Shown: in pieces, positions 63,037 to 64,000 of the stretch
Numbering within the stretch: the first letter of the stretch is position 1
Layout: each line of letters opens with the position of its first letter
Source: Gnetum montanum
Lineage: Eukaryota > Plantae > Gnetophyta
Length of the DNA: 64,000 bases
Reading direction: 5' to 3'
Assembly: GCA_015680685.1 (NCBI GenBank)
Contig: MNCI01001443.1
Span: 111,630-175,629 of the forward strand
Translations under genes and position numbers: made by a program
Notes under the pieces: generated by a model
The model's database searches: none
Told to the model about the DNA's origin: nothing
What the model saw: only the letters and a program-made list of their open reading frames with translations

Positions 63037-63612
63037 AGACATTGAAAGATCACAAAAGGAAATATAAGGATAAGCATGAGGCCTATCTTAAGTGGTTAAA
63101 AGAGGAGTCCACCAAGTGGTGCAAGATAAAGATATTCATGAAGGGGATTCAAGTAAAGGGAGTCTTGAAACTATTTGAAGGCTTTCTAAACATGGTTAAT
63201 TTCCCATCTTCTCAAGTCTCTATTGCTTCTAGGGAGGTGACCACTATTACTTTTTTGTAGGATCCACCTACATGGACTGAGATTGATGAAAGTAACATCT
63301 TGATAGGTATTGATTTTAGGGAGGTGGACTAGGCCCACATGATTAAGGAACAAATCCTCCATCATTTAAAGGTTGGCCTTCAAAACCTACCACTAGAAAA
63401 TGTTGCACCTAAGCCTTCCTAGGTTTGCTTATTTTATTTGTTTTAGAATATTTCATTTTATTATGATTTAATTTATAGTTTGTAATTTGCTTTCATACTT
63501 TGCTAATTATCGGTTGAACTTTTATTTTGTTATGGTACAAGTACTATGTGACACCAATGAACCCAATGGTAAAGATGGAAGTGCTTCTTAGCATCCTCCA
63601 GTAGCCCCTTAG
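63037..63612 (+). pseudogene. Antisense accessory gene of copy F, right part
   Basis: ORF 63042-63260 continues the frame cut at 43390. Last intron ~63423-63540, stop 63610-63612. Confidence 0.8.
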
Positions 63613-64000
63613 TACCATCTTTTGGTCATTACCGTTGGTTATCTCTATAATTTTGTTGATCATGTCATTGATGTTATCATGTTCTTTGTGGCTAGTGTTA
63701 GCTTATGATTTGGTTGATGGTTCATTGCTTAAAAGTTTCTGACACTATGTGACCTTGGTTACAGAAATTTAAGCTATTATTATTTTTTTAAAATTTAAAT
63801 TTGATTTATATGTTTTCATGTTTAATGTTTTATATATGTTTGATGTTTTACATTTTTGTTCATGTCATAGGCTATGTTGGTTAACTTATAGGATTTTGAT
63901 TGGTTACAAAAAGGTAAAATTAGCTATATGTGGGCTACTATGGTGTGAACTAGGTTGTAAATGGTGATAAATAGTTTTTTAGTTTTAGGACATCATGAGA

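Overview
This is eukaryotic (land-plant-type), heavily methylation-decayed repeat DNA with no intact host gene. About 85% of the window is five nested or truncated copies (A, B, D, E, F) of one divergent family of Ty3/Gypsy Tat-lineage LTR retrotransposons. The family has a tRNA-Asn PBS, LTRs starting TGAAACACC, and domain order GAG-PR // RT-RH-aRH-INT. Copy E (43391-63031, minus strand, ~19.6 kb) is full length, with two LTRs, PBS, PPT and a GGGAT target-site duplication. The striking feature is the architecture. gag-pro and RT-RH-aRH-INT are separated by 6-9 kb, and that gap holds a multi-exon, intron-containing accessory gene on the opposite strand, with a candidate TATA box and intron positions conserved across copies. 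The pol segment begins right after a splice-acceptor-like site, and short palindromic motifs are arrayed through the non-coding parts. The rest (27129-33431) is older debris: a possible chromovirus-type LTR, a solo LTR and an RT remnant. All coding regions are pseudogenised and boundaries were read by eye.
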